From Oscillospiraceae bacterium (GTDB lineage Bacteria; Bacillota; Clostridia; Oscillospirales; Ruminococcaceae), in NCBI GenBank assembly GCA_045628085.1, contig JAZQOZ010000147.1:3439-67438 (forward strand): a DNA stretch of 64,000 bases, read 5' to 3'. Every line of letters begins with the position of its first letter. Positions within the stretch are counted from its first letter, which is position 1. The notes below the pieces were generated by a model. It had not been told where the DNA came from, made no database searches, and was given only the letters and a program-made list of their open reading frames with translations. Below, one piece after another: positions 45,822 through 56,026 of this stretch. A program made the translations under genes and the position numbers.

Positions 45822-47561
45822 ATGAAAAAACTGCTGCACTTTCTTGCGGATTACAAAAAAGAATGCATCTTGGGACCGCTGTTCAAAATGCTCGAAGCAG
45901 CATTTGAACTGCTTGTTCCGCTTGTCGTGAAATCCATGATCGACAAAGGCATTGCAGCCGGTGACACCGGACATATTATCCGAATGTGCCTGCTCATGGC
46001 GCTCTTTGCCGCGATCGGTCTGACAAGTACACTCTTTGCACAGTATTTCGCCGCAAAAGCCGCTACCGGATTTTCTGCGAAACTCCGTCACGCCCTCATG
46101 GATCACATTCAGCACATGACCTATACCGATCTGGATACACTCGGCACGTCTTCCCTCATTACGCGCATGACCAGCGACATCAATCAGGTGCAGACCGGTG
46201 TCAACATGACGATCCGCCTGCTCCTGCGCTCCCCGTTTATCGTGTTCGGCGCAATGATCATGGCATTCACGGTCGATGTCAAAGCTGCACTGATCTTTGT
46301 CGCGGCGATCCCCCTGCTTTCGGTCGTTGTATTCGGCATCATGCTCGTGACCATCCCCATGTATAAAAAAGTGCAGGAACGGCTCGATTCGCTCACCGAA
46401 ACCACACGCGAAAATCTGACAGGTGTCCGCGTCATCCGCGCATTCCGGAATGAAAAGGCGGAAGCTGAAAAGTTCCGCACCGAAAATCTTGCACTCGTCC
46501 ATGTTCAGAAAGCAGTCGGCAGTATATCTGCGCTGATGAATCCGGTCACTTATGTGATCGTCAATCTTGCTGTCGCAGCACTGATCTATGTCGGTGCGCT
46601 GCGCGTTGATTCCGGCGCTCTGACGCAGGGCGCAGTCATTGCGCTGTATAATTATATGTCGCAGATCCTCGTGGAACTGATCAAATTTGCAAATCTGATC
46701 ATCACTATCACAAAGGCGGCTGCCTGCGCAAACCGCATTGAAGCTGTTCTGGAATCCGGCACGCTGATTCCGGAAAATGATTCTGAACCGGAGATACCGG
46801 AAAACAGCCGCGGAACGATCTGCTTCGATCATGTGTCATTCACCTATCAGAATGCGGCAGAACCATCTCTTTCGGACATCAGTTTCACCGCCGCACGCGG
46901 CGATACAATCGGCATCATCGGCGGTACGGGCGCAGGCAAATCCACGCTCATCAGCCTCATTCCGCGATTTTATGAGCCGACTTCCGGCAGTATCACCATC
47001 GACGGTATCGCAAGCACCGATTTTCCGCATCATGCACTGCGAAAACGGATCGGAACCGTTCCGCAGAAGGCCGTGCTGTTTCACGGAACGATCCGGCAAA
47101 ATCTGCAATGGGGCTGTGCGGATGCATCCGATGCAGAACTCGAATCTGCACTGAAAACGGCGCAGGCACTCGATGTTGTGCAGTCAAAAGCAAACGGTCT
47201 GGATGAAATGATCGCTGAGGGCGGACAGAATTTCTCCGGCGGACAGCGGCAGCGCCTGACGATCGCACGCGCACTCGTCCGCAAACCGGAATTCCTGATC
47301 CTCGATGACAGCGCTTCTGCTCTGGATTACGCAACAGATGCCGCACTCCGGCATTCCCTGCGTGAACTCCCCGACCGTCCGACCGTTTTCATCGTATCAC
47401 AGCGAACAGCATCCATTCAGCACGCAGATAAGATTCTCGTTCTGGATGACGGTCAGCTTGCCGGAATCGGCACACATCAGGAACTGCTCGATTCCTGCGC
47501 GGTCTATCAGGAGATCTACGCTTCTCAGTTTCCGAAAGAGGGGGTGCGGCAGAATGGCTGA
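45822..47561 (+). CDS. ABC exporter, fused permease/ATPase (type I exporter half-transporter)
   Basis: The start is MKKLLHFLADYKKE, after GGAGG. Walker A GGTGAGKST, signature FSGGQRQRL, Walker B FLILDDS. Confidence 0.9.
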   Translation: MKKLLHFLADYKKECILGPLFKMLEAAFELLVPLVVKSMIDKGIAAGDTGHIIRMCLLMALFAAIGLTSTLFAQYFAAKAATGFSAKLRHALMDHIQHMTYTDLDTLGTSSLITRMTSDINQVQTGVNMTIRLLLRSPFIVFGAMIMAFTVDVKAALIFVAAIPLLSVVVFGIMLVTIPMYKKVQERLDSLTETTRENLTGVRVIRAFRNEKAEAEKFRTENLALVHVQKAVGSISALMNPVTYVIVNLAVAALIYVGALRVDSGALTQGAVIALYNYMSQILVELIKFANLIITITKAAACANRIEAVLESGTLIPENDSEPEIPENSRGTICFDHVSFTYQNAAEPSLSDISFTAARGDTIGIIGGTGAGKSTLISLIPRFYEPTSGSITIDGIASTDFPHHALRKRIGTVPQKAVLFHGTIRQNLQWGCADASDAELESALKTAQALDVVQSKANGLDEMIAEGGQNFSGGQRQRLTIARALVRKPEFLILDDSASALDYATDAALRHSLRELPDRPTVFIVSQRTASIQHADKILVLDDGQLAGIGTHQELLDSCAVYQEIYASQFPKEGVRQNG

Positions 47562-49341
47562 ACAGAATCAAAGCGGCGGAATGCTGACGATCCGGCGCAT
47601 CCTGCACGACCTCACCCGCTATTCAAAATGGCTTATCCTGACGCTCCTGCTTGCAGTCGTGACCGTTGCACTGACTTTACTCGTCCCGATCCTCATCGGA
47701 AAGGCGATCGACTGCATCATCTCCGCCGGGAATGTCGATCTGGATGCAGTGACGAAAATTCTGCTGACAGTCGGTGTATCCGTTGCCGTGACCGCACTTG
47801 CACAGTGGATCATGAGCATCATTCACAATAAGATCACATACGAAGTGATCGAAGATATCCGCAACCGTGCGATCGACCGCATTGAGCATCTGCCGCTTGC
47901 CTATCTGGACCGTCAGCCGACCGGCGTTACAGTCAGCCGCATGATCTCTGATGTAGACCAGTTCGCGGACGGACTGCTCATGGGCTTCACACAGCTATTT
48001 ACAGGTATTCTGACGATCCTCGGTACATTGATCTTTATGCTGAATATCCATCCTGCGATCACACTGGTTGTAATTGTTATGACACCGCTTTCCCTGTTTG
48101 CGGCGGCGTTCATTTCCAAACGGACATATTCCATGTTCCGCGTTCAGGCAGAAACACGCGCAGAACAGACCGCGATCATCAATGAAACCATTACCAATCA
48201 AAAAGTGATTCAAGCATTCGCACATGAAGCGGAAACCATGCGCGATTTTGATGAGATCAACGGCCGCCTTGCCGATGCATCTCTGAAAGCAACATTTTTC
48301 TCCTCGCTGACGAATCCCTGCACGCGCTTTGTCAATGCACTGATCTATGCCGCAGTCGGTCTGACAGGCGCATTGGCGGCGATCCGCGGCACGATCAGCA
48401 TCGGACAGCTCTCGTGCTTCCTCAGCTACGCAAATCAGTATACAAAACCGTTCAATGAGATCTCCGGTGTCATCACCGAACTGCAAAATGCACTTGCCTG
48501 CGCCGACCGCATTTTCGCACTGATCGACGAAGCGGCAGAGATCCCGGATGCGCCGGATGCCGCCGAACTCACGCAGGCAAAGGGAAATGTCGAATTTCAG
48601 GATATCTCGTTCTCGTATGTGCCGGAACGCCCGCTGATCTCGCATTGCTCGATCTCGGTGCAGTCCGGACAGCGCGTTGCGATCGTCGGGCCGACCGGAT
48701 GCGGCAAAACCACTCTCATCAATCTCATCATGCGGTTTTACGATGTCAATGACGGTGCGATCTGCATTGACGGAAACGATATCCGTCATCTCACACGGGA
48801 CAGTCTGCGGCAGAATCTCGGAATGGTCTTGCAGGAAACATGGCTCAAAAATGCGACCGTCCGTGATAATATCCGCATGGGCAAGCCGGATGCAGACGAT
48901 GCGGAGATCATCGCGGCGGCAAAAGCGGCACACGCTCACAGCTTCATCAAACGTCTGCCGCAGGGCTATGATACCGTCATCAGCGACAAAAACGGCGCTC
49001 TTTCGCAGGGACAGCGGCAGCTGCTCTGTATTGCGCGGCTGATGCTCTGTCTGCCGCCGATGCTCATTCTCGATGAAGCAACTTCCTCGATCGACACACG
49101 CACGGAACTGAAAATTCAGTCCGCATTCGGAAAAATGATGCAGGGACGCACATCCTTCATCGTTGCACACCGGCTTTCTACCGTTCAGGAAGCCGACCTC
49201 ATTCTCGTCATGAAGGACGGGCAGATCATTGAGCAGGGAAATCACGATTCTCTGCTGCAAAAAAACGGATTTTACGCGAAACTTTTCAAAAGTCAATTTT
49301 CAGAAAGCACGCTTCTGCGTGAAAATCAAAGCAATATATAA
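47554..49341 (+). CDS. ABC exporter, fused permease/ATPase (partner half-transporter)
   Basis: ATG 47554 overlaps the upstream stop by 8 nt (ATGGCTGA). Walker A GPTGCGKTT, signature LSQGQRQLL, Walker B MLILDEAT. It is the likely heterodimer partner of the preceding gene. Confidence 0.9.
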   Translation: MAEQNQSGGMLTIRRILHDLTRYSKWLILTLLLAVVTVALTLLVPILIGKAIDCIISAGNVDLDAVTKILLTVGVSVAVTALAQWIMSIIHNKITYEVIEDIRNRAIDRIEHLPLAYLDRQPTGVTVSRMISDVDQFADGLLMGFTQLFTGILTILGTLIFMLNIHPAITLVVIVMTPLSLFAAAFISKRTYSMFRVQAETRAEQTAIINETITNQKVIQAFAHEAETMRDFDEINGRLADASLKATFFSSLTNPCTRFVNALIYAAVGLTGALAAIRGTISIGQLSCFLSYANQYTKPFNEISGVITELQNALACADRIFALIDEAAEIPDAPDAAELTQAKGNVEFQDISFSYVPERPLISHCSISVQSGQRVAIVGPTGCGKTTLINLIMRFYDVNDGAICIDGNDIRHLTRDSLRQNLGMVLQETWLKNATVRDNIRMGKPDADDAEIIAAAKAAHAHSFIKRLPQGYDTVISDKNGALSQGQRQLLCIARLMLCLPPMLILDEATSSIDTRTELKIQSAFGKMMQGRTSFIVAHRLSTVQEADLILVMKDGQIIEQGNHDSLLQKNGFYAKLFKSQFSESTLLRENQSNI

Positions 49342-49426
49342 ATTAAATGAAAAACCTTGTTCATTATGTGTAACCTTTTTCTGCGGATCAGGTCATAATG
49401 AGTGAAGGCAAAAAACGCGAAAGGCG

Positions 49427-49993
49427 GTGGATGCCACGAACGACAATATGATTATTTCGATGTTTGAGGATCGGAATGAGCAGGCGCTGCTTGAAACGAC
49501 CGGCCGCTACGGCACGATATGCCGTTCCGTTGCACGGAATATCCTCGGAACGGAGGAGGATGCAGAGGAATGTCTCAATGATGCACTGCTCGGCGCATGG
49601 AATGCGATTCCGCCTGCCCGTCCTCAGAACTTCGGTGCATATTTTCTGACACTGGTACGTAATTTTGCCCTCAAGAAATACGCGGCTGCCCGTGCCGAAA
49701 AGCGCGGCGGCGGTCAGATGACAGCGGCTCTTGACGAGATCTCTGAGATCATTTCTTCCGGTGAAAATGTAGAACATGAGGTTGATAAGCGGGCAATGCT
49801 CAATGCTGTTACAGATTTCCTCGGAACACTTCCCGACAATCAGCGGAATTTGTTTGTCCGGCGCTATTATCATGCATCCTCTGTTACTGAACTTTCAGAG
49901 ATGTTTGGTATGTCGGAAAGTAATGTCAAAACAACGCTGTCACGCATCCGGAAACGGCTCTGCGATCATTTGCGGAAGGAGGGATTGCTGTGA
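49427..49993 (+). CDS. ECF-type sigma-70 family RNA polymerase sigma factor
   Basis: Region 2-like AEECLNDALLGAWNAI...FGAYFLTLVRN. Region 4 HTH LFVRRYYHASSVTELSEMFGMSESNVKTTLSRIRKRL. The start is uncertain: GTG 49427, or ATG 49448 / 49460. Confidence 0.8.
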   Translation: MDATNDNMIISMFEDRNEQALLETTGRYGTICRSVARNILGTEEDAEECLNDALLGAWNAIPPARPQNFGAYFLTLVRNFALKKYAAARAEKRGGGQMTAALDEISEIISSGENVEHEVDKRAMLNAVTDFLGTLPDNQRNLFVRRYYHASSVTELSEMFGMSESNVKTTLSRIRKRLCDHLRKEGLL

Positions 49994-51267
49994 AAGAACT
50001 GGAATTTATGGAGCTGCTCGGTGAACTCCCGGCGGAGTACATTGAAGCTGCATCCAAACCGCAGAAAAAAGAACGGCGTTTTGCATGGCTGCGCTACGGC
50101 GTGCCTGCTCTTGCAGCCTGCTTCGCCGTTGTGATCTTCGCGGCAGTCTATCCGCGTCTCAAATCGCCGGATATCCCCTCTGTAGACAGTCAGCCGGATA
50201 TCACGGTCATCACAACAGCCGATACTGCCAATGCGGGAACCGGCTTAACAGACGGAACTGTAACGATCCTGTCAGAGCAGACCGGTTTATCGGGGCATCG
50301 TACAACGCAGACGCTCACCGTCAGCAGCGGACGAGATAAAACGGATTCTGACCATACAACGCAGGAACAGCACACGGATCAAACGGATCCATCCGCAGAA
50401 GGAACGGCGCATTCTTCCGAATCGACAGCACACACTGACGAAACAGATAAGACAGATCCGCATTCGGTAACCACCGGCCGAACGACACACAGCTCTGCAA
50501 AAACATCAAATGCAACGACAGCAAAGACAACAACCACAAAGCCCAAAACATCAACAACCCCAACAAGTTCAACGGCAAAACCCAGAACAACCACCAAAAC
50601 AGGCACAACGACAAGAGCCGTAACAACTACCAGAACCGGCACAACGACAAGAGCAAGATATTCGACAACGTTCACTACAACAACGGCTGCATTGACGACA
50701 ACAGGCGGAACAACAGGTACGACAGCAGCTTATTCTACAACAGAACCTCCGATGGCCTCAAGCAATACATACAGCGCGCAGACAGAAATATCTGCTTCTT
50801 CTGACGGCGGTTCATCCGCACATTCAACGACCGCACCTGTGCCGTCGCAGGATGAACGCGAAGTCATCAAATGGCAGATCTATGATCCTGATCCGCTCTA
50901 TAGTGACTGGGAAACCGACTACTTTATCATCGACGGTATGCCGACATGGGATGAAGACAATTATCAGCAGCTCCGCGATTTTGATTTTGACCGCTACAAC
51001 TGTTTGGTCATGCATCTCCGGACAAATGCGACCGATGCAGTATTGACAACACTGAATCTGAGTCCTGATTACAGCACGATCAACAGCATGATCTTCCGTC
51101 AGCCGACAGATCCGACAACACGGCATTTCGTCTTTGCCGTCGCTGTCCCGAAAGATTTTGAGCTCCGTTATGATCCTGATTTCGTCTTTGAGGCGACGGA
51201 CGATGCCTCCTTCTATTATTCAGCAGTTCCAAGCGAATCGGATGTGTATTATGAAGGAGAATGGTGA
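49990..51267 (+). CDS. single-pass membrane protein translationally coupled to the sigma gene (putative anti-sigma / sensor) with a long Thr/Ser-rich linker
   Basis: GTGA start/stop overlap with the sigma gene. A short cytoplasmic N-terminus is followed by the TM segment YGVPALAACFAVVIFAAVY. Next come about 190 aa of T/S-rich low complexity and a roughly 150-aa C-terminal domain. No HxxxCxxC zinc motif. Confidence 0.65.
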   Translation: MKELEFMELLGELPAEYIEAASKPQKKERRFAWLRYGVPALAACFAVVIFAAVYPRLKSPDIPSVDSQPDITVITTADTANAGTGLTDGTVTILSEQTGLSGHRTTQTLTVSSGRDKTDSDHTTQEQHTDQTDPSAEGTAHSSESTAHTDETDKTDPHSVTTGRTTHSSAKTSNATTAKTTTTKPKTSTTPTSSTAKPRTTTKTGTTTRAVTTTRTGTTTRARYSTTFTTTTAALTTTGGTTGTTAAYSTTEPPMASSNTYSAQTEISASSDGGSSAHSTTAPVPSQDEREVIKWQIYDPDPLYSDWETDYFIIDGMPTWDEDNYQQLRDFDFDRYNCLVMHLRTNATDAVLTTLNLSPDYSTINSMIFRQPTDPTTRHFVFAVAVPKDFELRYDPDFVFEATDDASFYYSAVPSESDVYYEGEW

Positions 51268-51349
51268 CAGCTTTGCATAACAAACACTTCTGACAGTATC
51301 ACAAGACATGATCTATTGACAGCTTTGTCTGACTGATTTCCCTTGACAG
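51265..51349 (+). repeat. four phased TGACAG hexamers in the intergenic region upstream of the dockerin gene
   Basis: TGACAG begins at 51265, 51291, 51317 and 51344, giving spacings of 26, 26 and 27 nt. Copies 1 and 3 extend to TGACAGCTTTG. Confidence 0.6.
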
Positions 51350-51405
51350 TTCCCCTCTGTTAACATTATCTTCATACTTTACGCAATTCAGAAAGGATGG
51401 TATTT

Positions 51406-52902
51406 ATGAAAGAAACAAAACTGACACTCGCCATGACCGCCGGCGTATGTGCGCTGACAGTGCTTGCAGGGCAGAGTATCTCACCGCTTTCTATGACGAT
51501 CGCCGCTGAAACACATCCGCTTACCACCATTGTATCAACCGGAACAGCGATTGATACTGCAACATCATGGAACACCGGCGTTCCCAATACCACAATGACA
51601 ACCACAGGATCGTCTTTCGATGTCGGTATCACAAGAATCTATCCCGACTTCAATAAGACAGACTATGCGCTCGGTGAGGCGCTCGACCTTGCCGGCGGTA
51701 CATTCCAGTTCAAAGTATATGAAACGTATGACAATGTCACCTATCAGGAAGGCGGCGACTCCGATATTGATGTCGGAAAGCTTGATTCCTACAAGTATGA
51801 TTTTGCCGGTCATGAGATCACGTTCAAGCTGAATACCGCAGAGGTCAATCCCGATAAGCCCGGCACATATCCCATCTATATTGATATCTATGTTGACGGC
51901 AAATCCTATGATTTTGTCGAAGCAGGCTATGTCACATATCATGATTATTCCGTTACAACAATGACCGATAAAAAGGGCAGACTACTTGACGAAAACGGCG
52001 AAGTCCTGATCGTCAACGACACATCTGCTGTCATGTCCGGCAAAGCAGGACAGACGACCGCTACAACTGCGCCGTATCAATCCATCACAACCTACACAAC
52101 GATCAAATCGTCCGTTGACGTTTCCCTGCAAGGAACTGCCAATATCAAAGTATATTTCAACTCCGTGCGCGGTGTGGATACATACGGTCTGGACTGTGAA
52201 GTATTCAATGTTGAGACCGGTGAGGTCATTCTCCAATGGAATACTGCTGACGCAGATACTGTACTGATCGAGGATCTGCCGTACTCGTTCAAGTCATTTG
52301 ACATGAATGAGCGCGGTGATATCGTCTATGCGCTCCGCATTAACAATCTGCCGGAAAATGTCGTATTCGCAGATACAAACAGCCGTGAGCCGCTTGAAAT
52401 TTTCGGCAAGTCCGTTCTGGGTATTTCCGGCGGTACAAACCTCTATGCCGATGTCACGCTCCGCAATCTGGACTATGTTCCGGACTTCCATGATACGACC
52501 GGGATCCCGACTGTTAAGAATGCCGAATATACAACCGAAACAGCGACACATATCGACTGGATGACCGTCATTACAAGCAGCAAGACTGCCGGTACAACCG
52601 CAACCGATCGAGAGGGCAGACTGCTTGACGAAAACGGTGAAGTCCTGATCGTCAACGGCACATCTGCTGTCATGTCCGGTAAACAGGGAACCGGCGGCGG
52701 CAATATCTACCGCGGCGATGTCAACTGTAAAGACGGCGTTGACGTTTCCGATGCCGTCCTGCTCGCAAGACTCATTGCCGAGGACAGCACCGTGATCGTC
52801 ACCGAGCAAGGTCTGAAAAATGCCGATGCCGACCGTGACGGAAAACTTTCTTCCAATGATGTCATTACCATTCTCCGCATCATCGCAAAGATCCCCGATT
52901 AA
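51406..52902 (+). CDS. secreted protein with C-terminal dockerin and an internally duplicated GRLLDENGEVLIVN motif
   Basis: The start is MKETKLTLAMTAGVCALTVLAG, after GAAAGGA. The C-terminal dockerin is GDVNCKDGVDVSDAVLLARLI...DADRDGKLSSNDVITILRII. Confidence 0.8.
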   Translation: MKETKLTLAMTAGVCALTVLAGQSISPLSMTIAAETHPLTTIVSTGTAIDTATSWNTGVPNTTMTTTGSSFDVGITRIYPDFNKTDYALGEALDLAGGTFQFKVYETYDNVTYQEGGDSDIDVGKLDSYKYDFAGHEITFKLNTAEVNPDKPGTYPIYIDIYVDGKSYDFVEAGYVTYHDYSVTTMTDKKGRLLDENGEVLIVNDTSAVMSGKAGQTTATTAPYQSITTYTTIKSSVDVSLQGTANIKVYFNSVRGVDTYGLDCEVFNVETGEVILQWNTADADTVLIEDLPYSFKSFDMNERGDIVYALRINNLPENVVFADTNSREPLEIFGKSVLGISGGTNLYADVTLRNLDYVPDFHDTTGIPTVKNAEYTTETATHIDWMTVITSSKTAGTTATDREGRLLDENGEVLIVNGTSAVMSGKQGTGGGNIYRGDVNCKDGVDVSDAVLLARLIAEDSTVIVTEQGLKNADADRDGKLSSNDVITILRIIAKIPD

Positions 52903-52947
52903 AACCGGAACAACGTAATATCTGCCTGATCCTGCATCAGGCAGATA

Positions 52948-52994
52948 CAGCCCCGAACCCGCGGCGTATGCTTTGGGTTCGGGGCTGTTTTTTT
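52948..52994 (+). terminator. rho-independent terminator, preceded by a second hairpin at 52919-52947 that may serve convergent clpB
   Basis: CAGCCCCGAACCC...GGGTTCGGGGCTG, followed by TTTTTTT. Confidence 0.75.
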
Positions 52995-52995
52995 A

Positions 52996-55587
52996 TTATT
53001 CACAGATAAATGCGCCGTTCCGGAAATCGACCGTGACGGTACTCCCCTGCGTCAACGGCTCTGCAAGCAGTTTTTTCGCAAGGAGCGTTTCGATCTTCCG
53101 CTGCATGAGCCGCTTCAAAGGTCTTGCTCCGAAATTCGGATCATAGCCCTGCTCAATAACAGCATCCTTTGCAGCATCGGTCAGCTTTACATGAATCTGC
53201 TGCGCCGCAAGACGCTTTTGCAGATTGACGATCAGCAGATCGACAATGCCGCCGATCTCCTGCTTTGTCAGCGGCTTATAGAGGATGATCTCATCCAGAC
53301 GGTTCAGAAATTCCGGCCGGAATCGCTGATGCAAAAGTGCATCGGTCTGCTTTTTTGCCTGCTCGGAGATCGTGCCGTCCGGCTGAATGCCTTCCAGCAA
53401 TGCATCTGCGCCGAGATTCGAGGTCAGGATCAGAATTGTATTCTTGAAATCGACCGTTCTGCCCTGTGAATCGGTAATTCTGCCGTCATCCAGGACTTGC
53501 AGCAGAAGATTGAATACATCCGGATGCGCTTTCTCAATTTCATCGAGCAGGACAACGCTGTAGGGCTTTCTGCGGACGGCTTCCGTCAGCTGACCGCCTT
53601 CCTCATAGCCGACATATCCGGGAGGCGCTCCGATCAGACGGCTGACGCTGAATTTCTCCATATATTCAGACATATCAATGCGAATGAGATTGCGTTCGTC
53701 ATCAAAGAGCGCTTCTGCAAGCGTTTTCGCAAGTTCGGTCTTGCCGACACCGGTCGGGCCGAGGAACAGGAATGAGCCGATCGGACGGTTCGGATCCTGA
53801 ATGCCGGCGCGTGAACGCAGAATCGCCTCGCTGACCTTTTCGACCGCTTCATCCTGACCGATCACGCGCTGATGCAGCGTTTCATCGAGATGGAGCAGCT
53901 TTTCACGGTCGCCTTCCATCAGCTTTGTCACGGGGATACCCGTCCAGCGTGCAACGATCCGCGCAATTTCATCCTCTGTTACTGCATCACGGAGCAGCTT
54001 TGCCGTACCGTTCTGCGCAGAATTTTCTGCTTCGGCAAGCTGTTTCTGGAGTTCAGGCAGTCTGCCGTATTTCAGTTCTGCCGCCTTATTCAGATCATAC
54101 TGACGCTCGGCTGTCTCGATCTCGGCTTTGAGCTGTTCGAGCTGTGCGCGGAGTTCCTGTACCTTGCTGATGCCGCCCTTTTCATTCTCCCACTGTGCTT
54201 TCATCTGCGCAAAAGTATCCCGATAGTCTGCAAGTTCCTTTTGCAGATCGGAAAGATGCGCTGCCGATACAGCATCCGTTTCCTTTTTCAGCGCAGCTTC
54301 TTCAATTTCGAGCTGCATAATTTTTCTTGAGATCTCGTCCATTTCGGTCGGCATCGAATCCATTTCCGTGCGGATCATCGCGCAGGCCTCATCCACAAGG
54401 TCGATCGCCTTATCCGGCAGAAAACGGTCGGAAATATAGCGGTTGGAAAGTGTCGCGGCGGCGATCAGTGCCGTATCATGGATCCTGACACCGTGATAGA
54501 CCTCATAGCGTTCTTTCAGTCCGCGCAGAATCGAGATCGAGTCCTCAACAGTCGGCTCACCGACCTGCACCGGCTGAAAACGGCGTTCCAGTGCCGCATC
54601 CTTTTCAATATATTTGCGGTATTCATCGAGTGTCGTTGCGCCGATGCAGTGCAGTTCGCCGCGCGCAAGCATTGGCTTCAGCAGATTTCCGGCATCCATT
54701 GCGCCGTCTGTTTTGCCTGCGCCGACGATCGTATGCAGTTCGTCAATAAACAGCAGAATTTTGCCGTCAGATTTCTTGATCTCCTGCAAAACAGCTTTCA
54801 GACGCTCCTCAAATTCACCGCGATACTTTGCACCGGCAACCAATGCGCCCAGATCCAGCGAGAAAACCGTGCGGTCACGCAGCGATTCCGGAACATCGCC
54901 GCGTGCGATACGCTGTGCAAGTCCCTCTGCGATCGCGGTCTTGCCGACACCCGGTTCTCCGATCAGCACCGGATTGTTCTTCGTTTTACGGGATAGAATA
55001 CGGATGACATTGCGGATCTCCGCATCTCTGCCGATGACCGGATCAAGCTGATGTTTCTGCGCACGCTCCGTGAGATCCTGACCGTATTTTTTCAGTGCAT
55101 CATAAGTTGCTTCGGGTGTTACATTCGTAATGCGCGTATTTCCGCGAATTTCTTTCAGCGCATTCAGCACCTTTGTTTCATTGACCGAGAATTGCTGAAA
55201 CAGCTTTTTCAGCGTGGAATCGCTGCTGCGGAGCATCGCCAGAAAAACGTGCTCCACCGATACATATTCATCCTGCATCTGTCCGGCGATCTGTTCCGCC
55301 TGATGATAGAGCATTTCTGTTTCATTGGAAATATAGACCATGCCTGCCTGTCTGCCGCTGCCGGTCACATGAGGCAAAGCGGCAACTTCTCTTTCAGCGG
55401 CTTTGGCAAATCCCTGCGGACTGATACCGATGCGCTGCAAAAGCTGCGGAATCAGTCCGTCTGCCTGCTGAACCAATGCCGCGAGGATATGCACCGGCTC
55501 GACGGCATTGTTCTGATACCCCGTGCAGAGCGACTGCGCATTCTGCATGGCTTCAAGTGTTTTCTGTGTCATTTTATTCGCATTCAT
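52996..55587 (-). CDS. clpB: ATP-dependent chaperone / disaggregase ClpB
   Basis: 863 aa with a Clp N-domain, NBD1 GEPGVGKT, a long coiled-coil middle domain and NBD2 [19 protein letters not shown]. Confidence 0.95.
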   Translation of the reverse strand: MNANKMTQKTLEAMQNAQSLCTGYQNNAVEPVHILAALVQQADGLIPQLLQRIGISPQGFAKAAEREVAALPHVTGSGRQAGMVYISNETEMLYHQAEQIAGQMQDEYVSVEHVFLAMLRSSDSTLKKLFQQFSVNETKVLNALKEIRGNTRITNVTPEATYDALKKYGQDLTERAQKHQLDPVIGRDAEIRNVIRILSRKTKNNPVLIGEPGVGKTAIAEGLAQRIARGDVPESLRDRTVFSLDLGALVAGAKYRGEFEERLKAVLQEIKKSDGKILLFIDELHTIVGAGKTDGAMDAGNLLKPMLARGELHCIGATTLDEYRKYIEKDAALERRFQPVQVGEPTVEDSISILRGLKERYEVYHGVRIHDTALIAAATLSNRYISDRFLPDKAIDLVDEACAMIRTEMDSMPTEMDEISRKIMQLEIEEAALKKETDAVSAAHLSDLQKELADYRDTFAQMKAQWENEKGGISKVQELRAQLEQLKAEIETAERQYDLNKAAELKYGRLPELQKQLAEAENSAQNGTAKLLRDAVTEDEIARIVARWTGIPVTKLMEGDREKLLHLDETLHQRVIGQDEAVEKVSEAILRSRAGIQDPNRPIGSFLFLGPTGVGKTELAKTLAEALFDDERNLIRIDMSEYMEKFSVSRLIGAPPGYVGYEEGGQLTEAVRRKPYSVVLLDEIEKAHPDVFNLLLQVLDDGRITDSQGRTVDFKNTILILTSNLGADALLEGIQPDGTISEQAKKQTDALLHQRFRPEFLNRLDEIILYKPLTKQEIGGIVDLLIVNLQKRLAAQQIHVKLTDAAKDAVIEQGYDPNFGARPLKRLMQRKIETLLAKKLLAEPLTQGSTVTVDFRNGAFICE

Positions 55588-55617
55588 TTGGAATACCTCC
55601 TCCGTCGTGATGATTGG

Positions 55618-56010
55618 TCACTCGATATCGCTTAGCTCCGGCAGAAATAAGCCGACCAGATGCGCTGCGTCAAACAGGATCGCAAGCCGTCGGACGCCTG
55701 CTGCAATCTGATTGCGGCTATAATGCCGCGCTTCGAGAAAATCGTCCTCCTGCTGCGCAAGATACTGGTAAAACGAATAGCCTTTCAGCAGATTGTCTGC
55801 GGTTTTCGACTGCATATTTTCATAGAGCAGCGCTTCCGCTTCCGCAATCTGTCCGTTCTCAATCATGCGATACAGCGTCATATCGCTTTCGCTGTTCTGC
55901 TGATATGCGTCCAGCTCGTCCGCAGAACGCAGCTTCTCTCTGAAAAGCAATTTCATCATAAACGCAATAAATTCCTTGATCTGCCGCAGCAGATAATCCT
56001 GCTCAATCAT
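55618..56010 (-). CDS. small helical protein of unknown function (130 aa), co-operonic with clpB
   Basis: RBS AAAGGAG. It ends 30 nt upstream of the clpB ATG. No TM segment or signal peptide. Confidence 0.65.
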   Translation of the reverse strand: MIEQDYLLRQIKEFIAFMMKLLFREKLRSADELDAYQQNSESDMTLYRMIENGQIAEAEALLYENMQSKTADNLLKGYSFYQYLAQQEDDFLEARHYSRNQIAAGVRRLAILFDAAHLVGLFLPELSDIE

Positions 56011-56026
56011 GCAGCGTATCTCCTTT

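Noticed and set aside
49342-49426. ECF-type autoregulated promoter upstream of the sigma gene (GTAACC...GTC).
   Set aside because: The match to AAC/CGT-type ECF promoters is too weak and ambiguous to call by eye.
51265-51349. CRISPR-like array.
   Set aside because: The repeats are only 6-11 nt with 26-nt periodicity, far below CRISPR repeat length, and there are no cas genes in the window.
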